Below, piece by piece: positions 39,116 through 48,276 of a stretch of DNA of 64,000 nucleotides. The notes beneath the pieces are model-generated. The model was given only the letters and a program-made list of their open reading frames with translations, searched no databases and was not told the DNA's origin. Numbering within the stretch: position 1 is the stretch's first letter; the number at the start of each line of letters is the position of its first letter. The stretch lies in the NCBI GenBank assembly GCA_050950285.1, contig JBMNHG010000003.1, positions 310,001 to 374,000 of the forward strand. The letters run 5' to 3'. The position numbers and the translations under genes are program-made. The DNA is from Kiritimatiellia bacterium (lineage in GTDB: Bacteria; Verrucomicrobiota; Kiritimatiellia; RFP12; JBMNHG01).

Positions 39116-40231
39116 TCACGGAGTGGCCGCGGCGGCGGTGCGCCTGAGGAAGTGCGGGGGCGTGCCGGGGGTGTCCCAGGCGATGGATTCGCCGATGGAC
39201 CGGACGCGTTTTTCGATGCCGGAGAGGCCGGAGCCGTCGTCGAGGGGGGAGATTTCGTCCACGCAGGGCTTTTGGTAGAGCTGGTAGTCGCGGCGGAAGG
39301 GCATGTCGGTGATGTTCGGCATCATGACGTTCGCGCCGGCGAGGAGGGCCTGTTCGCGTCCGTCGGGGGCGAGGTTCTGGAGAGCGGTGGTCGCGGCGAT
39401 GTTGCGATCGTGCAGGAAGAGGCGCAGCGCGGCCACCAGGTTCACGCCGAGTTCGAGCTGGCGGGTCTCGTCCACGCGGACGGAGCCGAGCGGCGTGTCG
39501 GGATGGGGAAGGAAGGGCCCCATGCCGATCATGTCGATTTCTTCGTCGCGGAAGAAGAGGAGGTCGTCGGCGAGGTCTTCCGCGGTTTGTCCGGGCAGGC
39601 CGATCATCACGCCGCTTCCCGTCTGGTAGCCGAGGCGGCGGAGCGCGCGCAGGCAATCGCGGCGCGCCGCCCAGTCGTGCCCTCCGTCGGGATGGAGGGT
39701 GCGGTAGAGCGCCGGGTTCGAGGTTTCGATGCGCAGGAGATAGCGGGTGGCGCCGGCCTCTTTCCAGCGCCGGTAGGTCTCTTCCGCCTGTTCGCCGAGG
39801 CTCAGGACGATGGCGAACGCCTCCTCCGGCGCGAAGGCGCGGATGGCGCGGACGATGCGCTCGATGCGCCCGGTGTTCGCGGGGGAGGCGATCTCGCCGG
39901 ACTGCAGCACGACGGATCCGTAGCGGAGATCCCAGGCCCGGCGGGCCATCCGCACCACGCCGTCTTCGTCGATTTGATAGCGGTGGATGCGGGCGTTGTC
40001 GCGCCGGAGGCCGCAATAGAGGCAGTTCTTCGAGCAACGGTTCCCGATTTCGACGAGGCCGCGCAGGTACACGACGGGGCCGGTCTGGCGGAGTTTCACC
40101 CCGTAGGCGGCGCGGAGGACGGCGTCGCGCTCCGGGCCGGGGCGCAGCGCGGCGAGGCGGGCGAGTTCGTCGCGGGAGAGGGCGCCGGGGCGGGCTGCGG
40201 CCCGTTCCAGCCGTTCGGTCCAGGCGGGCAT
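39116..40231 (-). CDS. hydE: HydE-like radical SAM protein ([FeFe]-hydrogenase maturase / biotin-synthase-like family)
   Basis: LRGLVEIGN.CSKNCLYCG, LQSGE, LSLGE, RYLLRIET, GSGVMIGLPGQT, MIGMGPF.PHPDTPL, ATTAL, GANVMMPN, YQLY. Confidence 0.85.
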   Translation of the reverse strand: MPAWTERLERAAARPGALSRDELARLAALRPGPERDAVLRAAYGVKLRQTGPVVYLRGLVEIGNRCSKNCLYCGLRRDNARIHRYQIDEDGVVRMARRAWDLRYGSVVLQSGEIASPANTGRIERIVRAIRAFAPEEAFAIVLSLGEQAEETYRRWKEAGATRYLLRIETSNPALYRTLHPDGGHDWAARRDCLRALRRLGYQTGSGVMIGLPGQTAEDLADDLLFFRDEEIDMIGMGPFLPHPDTPLGSVRVDETRQLELGVNLVAALRLFLHDRNIAATTALQNLAPDGREQALLAGANVMMPNITDMPFRRDYQLYQKPCVDEISPLDDGSGLSGIEKRVRSIGESIAWDTPGTPPHFLRRTAAAATP

Positions 40232-40234
40232 GGG

Positions 40235-40702
40235 TCAGGCCTCCCCCCCGCGCATCCAGTCCGTGTCGAGCGGGATGCTCACGGGGCCGTCGGCGACCAT
40301 CGCGATTTCCATGCGGGCGCCGAACACGCCGGTTCCGAAGCGTCCGGGGCCAAGCGCGGCGGCGAGGCGGGCGGCCATCGACTGGTAGAGGGGTTCGGCG
40401 AGTCCGGGGCGCGCCGCGGCGGAGAATCCCGGGCGGTTGCCGCGCCGCGTCTCCGCGTGGAGGGTGAACTGGGAGACGAGCAGGATGCCGCCGCCCGTGT
40501 CCACGACGCTCCGGTTCATGCGGCCTTCGGCGTCCTCGAAGATTCGCAGCGCGAGCAGTTTCGCCGCAAGCCACTCCACGTCCTTTGGACCGTCGTCGCG
40601 CGCGACGCCCAGCAGCACCATCAGGCCGGGGCCGATGGAGCCGTGGACGGCGCCGTCGATGGAGACGGAGGCGGAGAGGACGCGTTGGACGAAGGCTCGC
40701 AT
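40235..40702 (-). CDS. dtd: D-aminoacyl-tRNA deacylase
   Basis: MRAFVQRV, LRIFED..GRMN, VSQFTL, GNRPGF, FGA.M....DGPV. Confidence 0.95.
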   Translation of the reverse strand: MRAFVQRVLSASVSIDGAVHGSIGPGLMVLLGVARDDGPKDVEWLAAKLLALRIFEDAEGRMNRSVVDTGGGILLVSQFTLHAETRRGNRPGFSAAARPGLAEPLYQSMAARLAAALGPGRFGTGVFGARMEIAMVADGPVSIPLDTDWMRGGEA

Positions 40703-40723
40703 GGTGGGCTCCGTGTTGCAGGG

Positions 40724-42586
40724 TCAGTTTTGGGCCGCGATTTCCCCCAGGACAAGCCAGCGCTCGCAGGCGGCTTCGAGTTCCGGCCCGAGGGCGGCGA
40801 GGCGGTCGCGGGCGGCCTGGACGGTTTCGGGCGACTCGTCCCGGTAGAAGGCGGGATCGGCAATCTTTTCGTGGAGGGCGGCTTGTTCGGCCTCGAGGGC
40901 CTCGATGCGTGCGGGGAGCTCCGCCAGTTCGCGCTTCTCCTTGAACGCGAGGCGGCGCGGCGTCTCTTTCTCCGGGGCGGCGGGACGGGGGCGTGCCGCG
41001 GGTTTTTCCGCTGCGGGCGGTTGCGGGCGGCGCGCCTCCCAGTCGGAGTAGCCGCCCGCGTATTCGTTCACGCGCCAGCCGTCGTCGGGGCCGAGGGGCG
41101 GCGCCGACGGATTCGCGGGATCGACCTTCTCGAAGACGAGGGTGGAGGTGACCACGTTGTCCAGGAAGGCGCGGTCGTGGCTCACCACGAGGATCGTCCC
41201 GCCGTAGGCGGCGAGCTGCTCTTCGAGGAGTTCGAGGGTGTCGAGGTCGAGGTCGTTGGTGGGTTCGTCGAGCACCAGCACGTTCGAAGGCCGGGCGAAG
41301 AGGCGGGCAAGCAGCAGGCGGTTGCGTTCGCCGCCGGAGAGGGCGCCGACGGGCTGCCGGGCGCGCTCGGGCGGGAAGAGGAAGTCCTGGAGGTAGCCGA
41401 GGACGTTGCGCCGGGAGCCGTCCACCACCACTTCGTCGTGGCCGTCCGCGACGGTTTCGACGAGGGTCTTGGCGTCGTCGAGCGAGGCGCGGAGCTGGTC
41501 GGCGTAGGCCACGCGCAGGTTCGTGCCATGGCGGACGGTGCCGGAGGTGGGGGCGAGGACTCCATCGAAGCCGGAATCGGGCGGAAGGAGCAGGTGCAGG
41601 AGGGTGGACTTCCCGCATCCGTTGGGCCCGAGGATTCCCACGCGGTCGCCCCGCGCGACAAGGGTGGAGAAGGGATGGATAAGCGGCGCGCCGTTTTTTC
41701 CGTCGTAGGAGAAGGCGAGGTCGGTGACCTTGGCCACGATGGCGCCGGTGCGCCCGGCCTCCTGGGCAGACATCTTCGCGGTGCCGATGCGTTCGCGGCG
41801 GAGGGCGCGTTCGGCGCGCAGTTTATCGAGGGCGCGCACGCGGCCCTCGTTGCGGGTGCGGCGGGCCTTCACGCCGCGGCGGAGCCAGGCCTCTTCCTGC
41901 GCGAGCTTGCGGTCCTGCGCGGCCCAGCTCTTTTCCTCGGCCTCGAGCTCCTCTTCCTTGCGGCGAAGGAAGGTGTCGTAGTCGCACGACCAGTCGCGCA
42001 GGCGGCCGCGGTCGAGTTCGACGATGCGGTTCGCGAGGCGGCGCAGGAGGGCTCGGTCGTGGGTGACGAAGAGAAAGGTTTTGCAGGTGCGCGGCAGGAA
42101 CGCTTCGAGCCATTCGATCGACGGGATGTCGAGGTGGTTGGTGGGTTCGTCGAGCAGCACGAGGTCGGGCTCGCCGAGGAGGGCGCGGGCGAGGAGGGTG
42201 CGGCGGCGTCCGCCGCCGGAGAGGGCGGCGAAGTTCGCGGAGGGGTCGAGGCCGATGCGCTTCACGAGCCGTTCGGCCGAAAGCCCGAGGGCGGAATGGA
42301 CGCCGTGCGCGGCGCGTCCGGCCAGGACAATGTCGAGGACGGGGCCGCCCAGATCCGCGGGAACCCGCTGCGGGAGGGTGCCCACGCGGAGCCCGGAGGC
42401 GCGGATGACGCGTCCGGAGTCTGGCGGGATGTCGCCGGCGAGGAGCCGGAGGAGGGAGGATTTGCCGGCGCCGTTCGCGCCGAGCAGGGCGATGCGGTCG
42501 CCCTGCTCGATGTGGAAGGTGACGGCGTCCAGCAACGGGTCGCCGCCGAAGCGGAGGGAGGCTTCCTGGAGACCAAGCAAGGCCAT
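40724..42586 (-). CDS. uup: ABC-F family ATPase, Uup-like
   Basis: Two NBDs (GANGAGKS, LSGG, DEPTNHLD; GPNGCGKS, LSGGE, DEPTNDLD), GVKARRTRNEGRVRAL linker, C-terminal coiled coil. Confidence 0.9.
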   Translation of the reverse strand: MALLGLQEASLRFGGDPLLDAVTFHIEQGDRIALLGANGAGKSSLLRLLAGDIPPDSGRVIRASGLRVGTLPQRVPADLGGPVLDIVLAGRAAHGVHSALGLSAERLVKRIGLDPSANFAALSGGGRRRTLLARALLGEPDLVLLDEPTNHLDIPSIEWLEAFLPRTCKTFLFVTHDRALLRRLANRIVELDRGRLRDWSCDYDTFLRRKEEELEAEEKSWAAQDRKLAQEEAWLRRGVKARRTRNEGRVRALDKLRAERALRRERIGTAKMSAQEAGRTGAIVAKVTDLAFSYDGKNGAPLIHPFSTLVARGDRVGILGPNGCGKSTLLHLLLPPDSGFDGVLAPTSGTVRHGTNLRVAYADQLRASLDDAKTLVETVADGHDEVVVDGSRRNVLGYLQDFLFPPERARQPVGALSGGERNRLLLARLFARPSNVLVLDEPTNDLDLDTLELLEEQLAAYGGTILVVSHDRAFLDNVVTSTLVFEKVDPANPSAPPLGPDDGWRVNEYAGGYSDWEARRPQPPAAEKPAARPRPAAPEKETPRRLAFKEKRELAELPARIEALEAEQAALHEKIADPAFYRDESPETVQAARDRLAALGPELEAACERWLVLGEIAAQN

Positions 42587-42638
42587 GACGGGGTGGAAAG
42601 GGGGCGGGCGGGGGTGGTTTCCCGGCCCATGCCGTCCG

Positions 42639-43358
42639 CTACGTCGCGGGGGCGGGGTGGGAGCGGTTGAAGTCCTCGCGGAAGCGGTCGGTGGCCTTGC
42701 GGAGCGCGTCTTCGGCGTTGATGCCGCGGGCGCGGGCGAGGGAGACCGCCGTGAAGAGGAGGTCGCCGATGGCGTCGGCGTCCGCCGTGGCGGCGGATTC
42801 CGCCTGGGAGCGGAGGGCGTCGGCGGCGGCTTCGGCGGCGGGCCAGGGGTGGCCCATGCGGGCGGCGCGGGACTGGATCTGCTGGGCGCGGAGGAGGGCG
42901 GGGAGCGTCGGCGCCACGGCGTCGAGCGCGGAGGTCGCGGCACGCCGCTCGGTCTTCTTGATGCTCTCCCAGTTGCGGAGCACCTCGGCGGAATCGGCGA
43001 CGGCGACATCGGCGAAGACGTGCGGGTGGCGGCGGACGAGCTTGTCGCTCGCGCGGTGGGCCACCTCGTCGAGATCGAACTCGCCCCGTCCGGCGCGGAT
43101 GTCGCACTGGAAAACCACCTGGAGCAGCACGTCGCCCAGCTCCTCGGCGTGGTGGTCGAGGTCGCCGCGATCGATGGCCTCCAGCAGCTCGTAGGTTTCC
43201 TCGAGGAGGCACGGCTTGAGGGATTCGAGCGTCTGCTCGCGATCCCAGGGGCATCCGCCCGGCGCGCGCAGGCGGCGCACCACGCGCCCGAGGCGCGCGA
43301 GCCCGGTGCCGGGCGCGCGGTCGCGGCAGGCTTCGTCGGAGGGGAGGGGCTCGCTCAC
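42639..43358 (-). CDS. mazG: MazG nucleoside triphosphate pyrophosphohydrolase (short second domain)
   Basis: LRAPGGCPWDREQT, EETYE, EELGDVLLQVVF, KLVRRHPHVF, IGDLLF. Confidence 0.9.
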   Translation of the reverse strand: MSEPLPSDEACRDRAPGTGLARLGRVVRRLRAPGGCPWDREQTLESLKPCLLEETYELLEAIDRGDLDHHAEELGDVLLQVVFQCDIRAGRGEFDLDEVAHRASDKLVRRHPHVFADVAVADSAEVLRNWESIKKTERRAATSALDAVAPTLPALLRAQQIQSRAARMGHPWPAAEAAADALRSQAESAATADADAIGDLLFTAVSLARARGINAEDALRKATDRFREDFNRSHPAPAT

Positions 43359-43368
43359 GGGGAGGCGT

Positions 43369-44055
43369 TCACGCGTCGATGCGCAGGGAGGCGAGGATGG
43401 TGCCGGCCACGTCGGACGAGAAGGTTTCGGCCACCAGGTCGGCGCCGCCGAAGTCCTGGAACACGGTGAGGGCGTCGGGCAGGGCGATGACGAAGAAGTT
43501 GGCGCCCATGGCGGCCTTCTGGGAGGCGCTCGATGCCACGAGGGCCACGCCCAGCTGGCCGATGAAGTGGAGGTCGTGCGGGACGCGGCGCCAGGTCTTC
43601 GAGCCGAAGCCGCCGACGGTGGCGGGGGTGTCCGTCACAACCGTCGCGGAACCGAGGCCCTGCGCTTCGAGGATGGGGTGGAGGAAGTCGGCGGAAAGCT
43701 CGGAGATCACGCCGATCTTGAGGCCGCGCTCCGCCATGTCCTTGGCGAGATCGAGGATCTCGGCGCGGGGGGAGTCGGCGGCTTCGACGAGGTCGGCGAG
43801 GTAGGCTTCCTGGATCTTTTCGGCCCAATCGCCGGCATCGGCCTCCGGCGCGAGCTTCGCGAGGCCGGTGGCGAGGGGCTTGCCCAGCAGGCGGCTGGCG
43901 AAGAGGGCGGGCGTGAGCTCCACCGCTGCGTCTTCGAGCACGGAGGCACAGGCTTGGAAGAGACGGCCGATGCCGCCGAGAGCCACCTGGTCCCATTCGA
44001 TGACCAGGCCCTTGGTGCCGCAGGAAGCGCCAAGTTCAATGTCGGTATCATTCAT
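43369..44055 (-). CDS. HAD-like fold hypothetical protein (catalytic motifs degenerate)
   Basis: Overall beta-PGM/HAD-like layout (GLKIGVIS, KAAMGANFFVIALP, DFGGADLV); own promoter TTGACC-18-TATACT at 44158-44187. Confidence 0.55.
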   Translation of the reverse strand: MNDTDIELGASCGTKGLVIEWDQVALGGIGRLFQACASVLEDAAVELTPALFASRLLGKPLATGLAKLAPEADAGDWAEKIQEAYLADLVEAADSPRAEILDLAKDMAERGLKIGVISELSADFLHPILEAQGLGSATVVTDTPATVGGFGSKTWRRVPHDLHFIGQLGVALVASSASQKAAMGANFFVIALPDALTVFQDFGGADLVAETFSSDVAGTILASLRIDA

Positions 44056-44258
44056 GGTTGCCACTACCTTCGGAAAGGGGATCGGAAAAGATACGGGATT
44101 CCACCGCGCCGTCCGCGCGACGGCCGGTGCGCCAAAACGGGGGGAAAAAGACGATACAGTATAGGGGGCGCCCCGCTTCAGGGTCAATCCGATTCCTGCC
44201 GGAGGGCGCCCCGCGCGCGCGGGCGTTGTCCACACCGCTGCGATTCCGCCGCATCGCG

Positions 44259-45842
44259 TTAGCTGCGGCGGCGTTTGCGCGGGGCTGGGGCGGGCGGCTC
44301 GTGCGCTTCTTCGAACGGCTTGAGGAGCGGCCGCTGGAGCATGCGCTCGTAGATGTCGATGTAGGCCTTGGCGCAGACGGTGTGGTTGAAGCGCGCGAGG
44401 CCGTCGCCCATGATCCGGGCGAGGTGCGCGGCACGCTGTTCCGCGGGGAGGGCGTAGAACTCCATCGCCTGGGCGATCGCCCAGAAGAGGCCGTTGGAAT
44501 CGTAGTGGCGGAAGACGAAGCCGTTCCCCGTGTCCTTCGCGGCGTCGAAGTGGTCGACGGTGTCGTGGAGTCCGCCCGTGTCGTGGACGATGGGCATCGA
44601 GCCGTAGAGGGCGCCGATCATCTGCGGCAGGCCGCACGGCTCGAAGAGCGACGGCATGAGCGTGAAGTCGCTGGACGCGTAGCCGAGGCGGGAGAGGTTC
44701 TCCTGGAAGTCGCACACCGCCACGCGCCGCCGGAGGTCGTGCATGCGGACGACCCGGTGGAAGGCGCCCTGGTGGCTTCCGTTGGCCACCACGGCGATTT
44801 GCAGGCCCTGGGCGTCGTAGGCGGAGACCAAACGATAGAGGATGTCCGTGAGCAGCTGCGGACCCTTTTGCATGGGATCGAGCCGCGAGGGCCAGAAGAA
44901 AAGCGGGGCGTCGGGATTCACCTCGAGCCCGACCTTCTTCTGGAAGGCCACCTTGTTGGCGCGCTTCCCCGCGAGGACGTCGGCGGGCGTGTACCGGCGC
45001 TTGAGGGCCTCGTCCGTGGCGGGATTGTACGAAGGGTCGGGGGCGTTGAGGATGCCTTCGGCACAATCGGCACCGATCTTGTTGACAATCTGCTCGCGCA
45101 GATTGTCGGGGACGAACGAGTGGATGCCATCGGCGATTTCGCGGAGGAAGGTGGGGCTCACGGTGTTGATGAAGTGTGCCGCGAAGACGCCGCTCACAAG
45201 CAAATCCACGGGGTTGGACTCGCGCGTCTCTTCGTAGTTGTAGGGGATGCGGGAGTAGTAGAGATACCGCCAGAATTCGGCCATGTCGATGCCGGCGTCC
45301 TCCGCCTGGGAGAGGAGAAGGTGCTGGGTGTGGATGTTGTGGATCGTGAAGAGGCAGGGGATCCCGAGACGGCGCGCCGCGCCGGGGACGAGGCCCGTCA
45401 TCCAGTCGTTGCAGTGGATGAGATCGGGGTTCACCGTGGGGATGATGTTGTTGACGACCTCGCGCTGGAAGGCGAGGGCGAGCCGCGGATTCTCTTCGGC
45501 ACAGCTGCTGTAGACGGTGTCGCGGTAGTAGAAGCAACGATCCTCGGCAAGGTGGATCCGCGAGTCGGCGAGACGGGTGGTGTAGACGCGCAGTTCGTTG
45601 CTGATGAGCTGCCCGACGTCCATGTGGAACATCCGCCGGTAGTGGGGGAGCGCCACGTGCACGTCCGCCCCCAGTCCGTACAGCTCCGCCACGAGCGAGG
45701 CGGAAACGTCCGCCAGCCCGCCGGCCTTGGCGTTGAGTTGGTTCGCCATGTTGCCCATGCCTGCGGGAAGATAGGTAATCTCCGGGGTGACAACAAGGAT
45801 GCGTGGGCGTTTTCTGCGGCGTAGGCGCTGGGGGGAGGTCAT
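44259..45842 (-). CDS. glgA: glycogen synthase (GT5)
   Basis: KAGGLADV, DLIHCNDW, FTIHN, NTVSP, GILN, SRLD..QKG, MPSLFEPCGL, TGGLHDTV. Confidence 0.92.
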   Translation of the reverse strand: MTSPQRLRRRKRPRILVVTPEITYLPAGMGNMANQLNAKAGGLADVSASLVAELYGLGADVHVALPHYRRMFHMDVGQLISNELRVYTTRLADSRIHLAEDRCFYYRDTVYSSCAEENPRLALAFQREVVNNIIPTVNPDLIHCNDWMTGLVPGAARRLGIPCLFTIHNIHTQHLLLSQAEDAGIDMAEFWRYLYYSRIPYNYEETRESNPVDLLVSGVFAAHFINTVSPTFLREIADGIHSFVPDNLREQIVNKIGADCAEGILNAPDPSYNPATDEALKRRYTPADVLAGKRANKVAFQKKVGLEVNPDAPLFFWPSRLDPMQKGPQLLTDILYRLVSAYDAQGLQIAVVANGSHQGAFHRVVRMHDLRRRVAVCDFQENLSRLGYASSDFTLMPSLFEPCGLPQMIGALYGSMPIVHDTGGLHDTVDHFDAAKDTGNGFVFRHYDSNGLFWAIAQAMEFYALPAEQRAAHLARIMGDGLARFNHTVCAKAYIDIYERMLQRPLLKPFEEAHEPPAPAPRKRRRS

Positions 45843-46075
45843 GGGCAAGGGACTTTCGGGTGGATATGGCGCGGAAACCGCAACAACACGGTTTCGCATA
45901 ATGATACAAAGATATCGCTTCCGTCGGCCTTTTGCAACCGAAATCCTGCAAAAAATTCCGCACCGTGCATCCGGGCGGGGAACCCGGGGGGAGGAACGCG
46001 CCGGAAACGTGCGCCATCGCCCGCCACAACCAATCCGCTTGCGGGAACAGAAGACTTGAAATATCATCGTCCGAA

Positions 46076-47308
46076 ATGAACTCGCACGACCTCTCCATCC
46101 TCCGCGACCTCGCCAAGCAAACGGCCGAAGTCGCCGCCCTGCCCGTGCAGGAGGAGAAGAAGCGTCTCTGGAGGAAGCTCAACGCCCTCCGGCCCGAGCG
46201 GCCGATGGTCATGATCGACCAGGTCTGCTGGAACGAGATGGAGCTGGACGGCGAACTGGCGCTCCGCTGCGAGGATCCCGAGTGCCGGGGCTACGAGAAC
46301 ACCCTCCGCCGGCAGCTCTACCAGTGGCGGCACTTTCCCGTGGACAGGGTGGTCGAGCCCGTCGTGCGCGTCGGGAAGGCGATTTCCGGAACGGATTTCG
46401 GCCTCGGCCCGAAGGAGGAGACGATCTCCTCCGATCCCACCAGCGCGGTGGTCGCCCACAAGTATCTCAACCAGTTCGAGACCGAGGAGGACCTCGGGAA
46501 GATCCGGACGCCGATCGTCGTCCACGACGCCGCCGAGACCGAACGGCGGCTGTCCGTGGCCCACGGGATCTTCGACGGCATCCTCGAGGTCGTGCCCTGG
46601 GGCTGGGACCCCTACCTCTCGCTGTGGGATCCCATCAGCTGGTGGATGGGCGTCGAAAACGCCCTGTACGCGATGATCGACACGCCCGGCTACATGCACC
46701 GCCTCGTGGGACGCCTCACCGACGGCTACCTCTCGATGCTCGACCAGCTCGAGAGCCAGGGCCTGCTCTGCGGCCCGCAGCCGCTCATCCATTGCACGGG
46801 CGCCTACGTGGACGAACTCCCCCGGCCGGGCTACGATCCCGCGAAGCCGCGCCTGAAGGACATGTGGATGTTCGGCCTCGCGCAGATGTTCTCCACCGTC
46901 TCCCCGGAGATGTTCGAAGAGTACGAAATCGACTACACGAAGCGCATCTGCGAACGCTTCGGCCTCGTCTACTATGGGTGCTGCGACCCGCTCGACCGCA
47001 AGATGGCGCAGGTGCGCAAGCTTCCCAACGTCCGCAAGGTCTCCATGAGCCCGTGGGTGGACGAAGCCCGCGGCGCCGCCGAAATCGGCCGGGACTTCGT
47101 CTACTCGCGCAAGCCGAATCCGGCGCTCCTCGCGTGGCCCGCCTTCTCGCCCGACGCCGTGCGCGAAGACCTCGTCGCCACAAAGCGCGCCTGCGACGCC
47201 AACGGATGCCCCCTCGAATTCATCCTCAAGGACATCAGCACCGTGAAGTACGAGCCGCAACGCCTCTTCGAGTGGGCGAAGATCGCCATGGAAGTCGCCC
47301 GGGGGTGA
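46076..47308 (+). CDS. conserved hypothetical protein, uroporphyrinogen-decarboxylase-like TIM barrel
   Basis: LRDLAKQ.AE.A, GVENALYAMIDTP, VSPEMFEEY, LVYYGCCDPL, NVRKVSMSPW, SRKPNP, ILKDISTV. Confidence 0.65.
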   Translation: MNSHDLSILRDLAKQTAEVAALPVQEEKKRLWRKLNALRPERPMVMIDQVCWNEMELDGELALRCEDPECRGYENTLRRQLYQWRHFPVDRVVEPVVRVGKAISGTDFGLGPKEETISSDPTSAVVAHKYLNQFETEEDLGKIRTPIVVHDAAETERRLSVAHGIFDGILEVVPWGWDPYLSLWDPISWWMGVENALYAMIDTPGYMHRLVGRLTDGYLSMLDQLESQGLLCGPQPLIHCTGAYVDELPRPGYDPAKPRLKDMWMFGLAQMFSTVSPEMFEEYEIDYTKRICERFGLVYYGCCDPLDRKMAQVRKLPNVRKVSMSPWVDEARGAAEIGRDFVYSRKPNPALLAWPAFSPDAVREDLVATKRACDANGCPLEFILKDISTVKYEPQRLFEWAKIAMEVARG

Positions 47309-47413
47309 TCGGACGAGGACGAGACCGCATGAGGATCCAACAGGAGGGACGCGACGCACCCGGGAGACCGGAGACCACATGCCGTCCCGCGACAGGAAGA
47401 CAAGGCAGACGCC

Positions 47414-48253
47414 ATGAGTTGGCTTGAGGCATTGATTTTGGGGCTGGTGCAGGGGTTGACGGAATTCCTGCCGGTGAGTTCGTCCGGGCATATCGAGCTG
47501 GGCAAGGCGCTGCTCGGCGTCGAGGTCGGGGGCGACATCGCCTTCGAAGTCGTGGTCCACGCCGCCACGGCCCTCGCCACGATCCTCGTCTTCCGCAAAG
47601 AGATTGGGGCGATCTTCCGCGGGCTCTTCCGCTTCCGCTGGAACGACGATACCGACTACTTTTTCAAGCTCCTTGTCTCCGCGCTGCCGATTGGCGTGGT
47701 GGGCATCGCCTTTTGCGGCCCGATCAAGAGGTTGTTCGAGTCGGACGCCGTGATTCCCGTGGTGGGCGTGGCGCTTCTGGCGACCGCGGCGCTGCTGTTC
47801 TTCAGCGATCGGAAGGTACGCAACGGCTCCGGGAATCCCCCTCCGGCGGATGCGGAAGGGGCGGCGGCGCGCAACGGCATCACGCTTCGCCAGGCGTTCC
47901 TCGTGGGGTGCGGGCAGGCGCTGGCGATCGTGCCGGGGCTCTCGCGGAGCGGCACGACCATCTCGGTGGGCCTGCTCTGCGGCGTGCGGCGCGAGGTGGT
48001 CGCATCGTTCTCGTTCCTGATGGCGCTCGCCCCCATTCTCGGGAAGACGGTGCTGGACGCATCGTCCGGCGATCTGACGGCATCGTCCGCCGGTGCGCCC
48101 GCGCTCGCGGTCGGCTTCGCCGCCGCCTTCGTCTCGGGCCTCTTCGCCTGCAAGGCGATGATTGCGCTCGTGAAGCGCGCGAGGCTGGTCTGGTTCGCGC
48201 TGTACTGCGTCGTGGTCGGCCTCGCGGCCCTCGCCGCCCATCGGTTCGCATAG
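47414..48253 (+). CDS. uppP: undecaprenyl-diphosphate phosphatase
   Basis: LGLVQGLTEFLPVSSSGH, QALAIVPGLSRSGTTI, FSFLMA. Confidence 0.95.
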   Translation: MSWLEALILGLVQGLTEFLPVSSSGHIELGKALLGVEVGGDIAFEVVVHAATALATILVFRKEIGAIFRGLFRFRWNDDTDYFFKLLVSALPIGVVGIAFCGPIKRLFESDAVIPVVGVALLATAALLFFSDRKVRNGSGNPPPADAEGAAARNGITLRQAFLVGCGQALAIVPGLSRSGTTISVGLLCGVRREVVASFSFLMALAPILGKTVLDASSGDLTASSAGAPALAVGFAAAFVSGLFACKAMIALVKRARLVWFALYCVVVGLAALAAHRFA

Positions 48254-48276
48254 GCCGTCCCGGCGCGGACGGCCGG

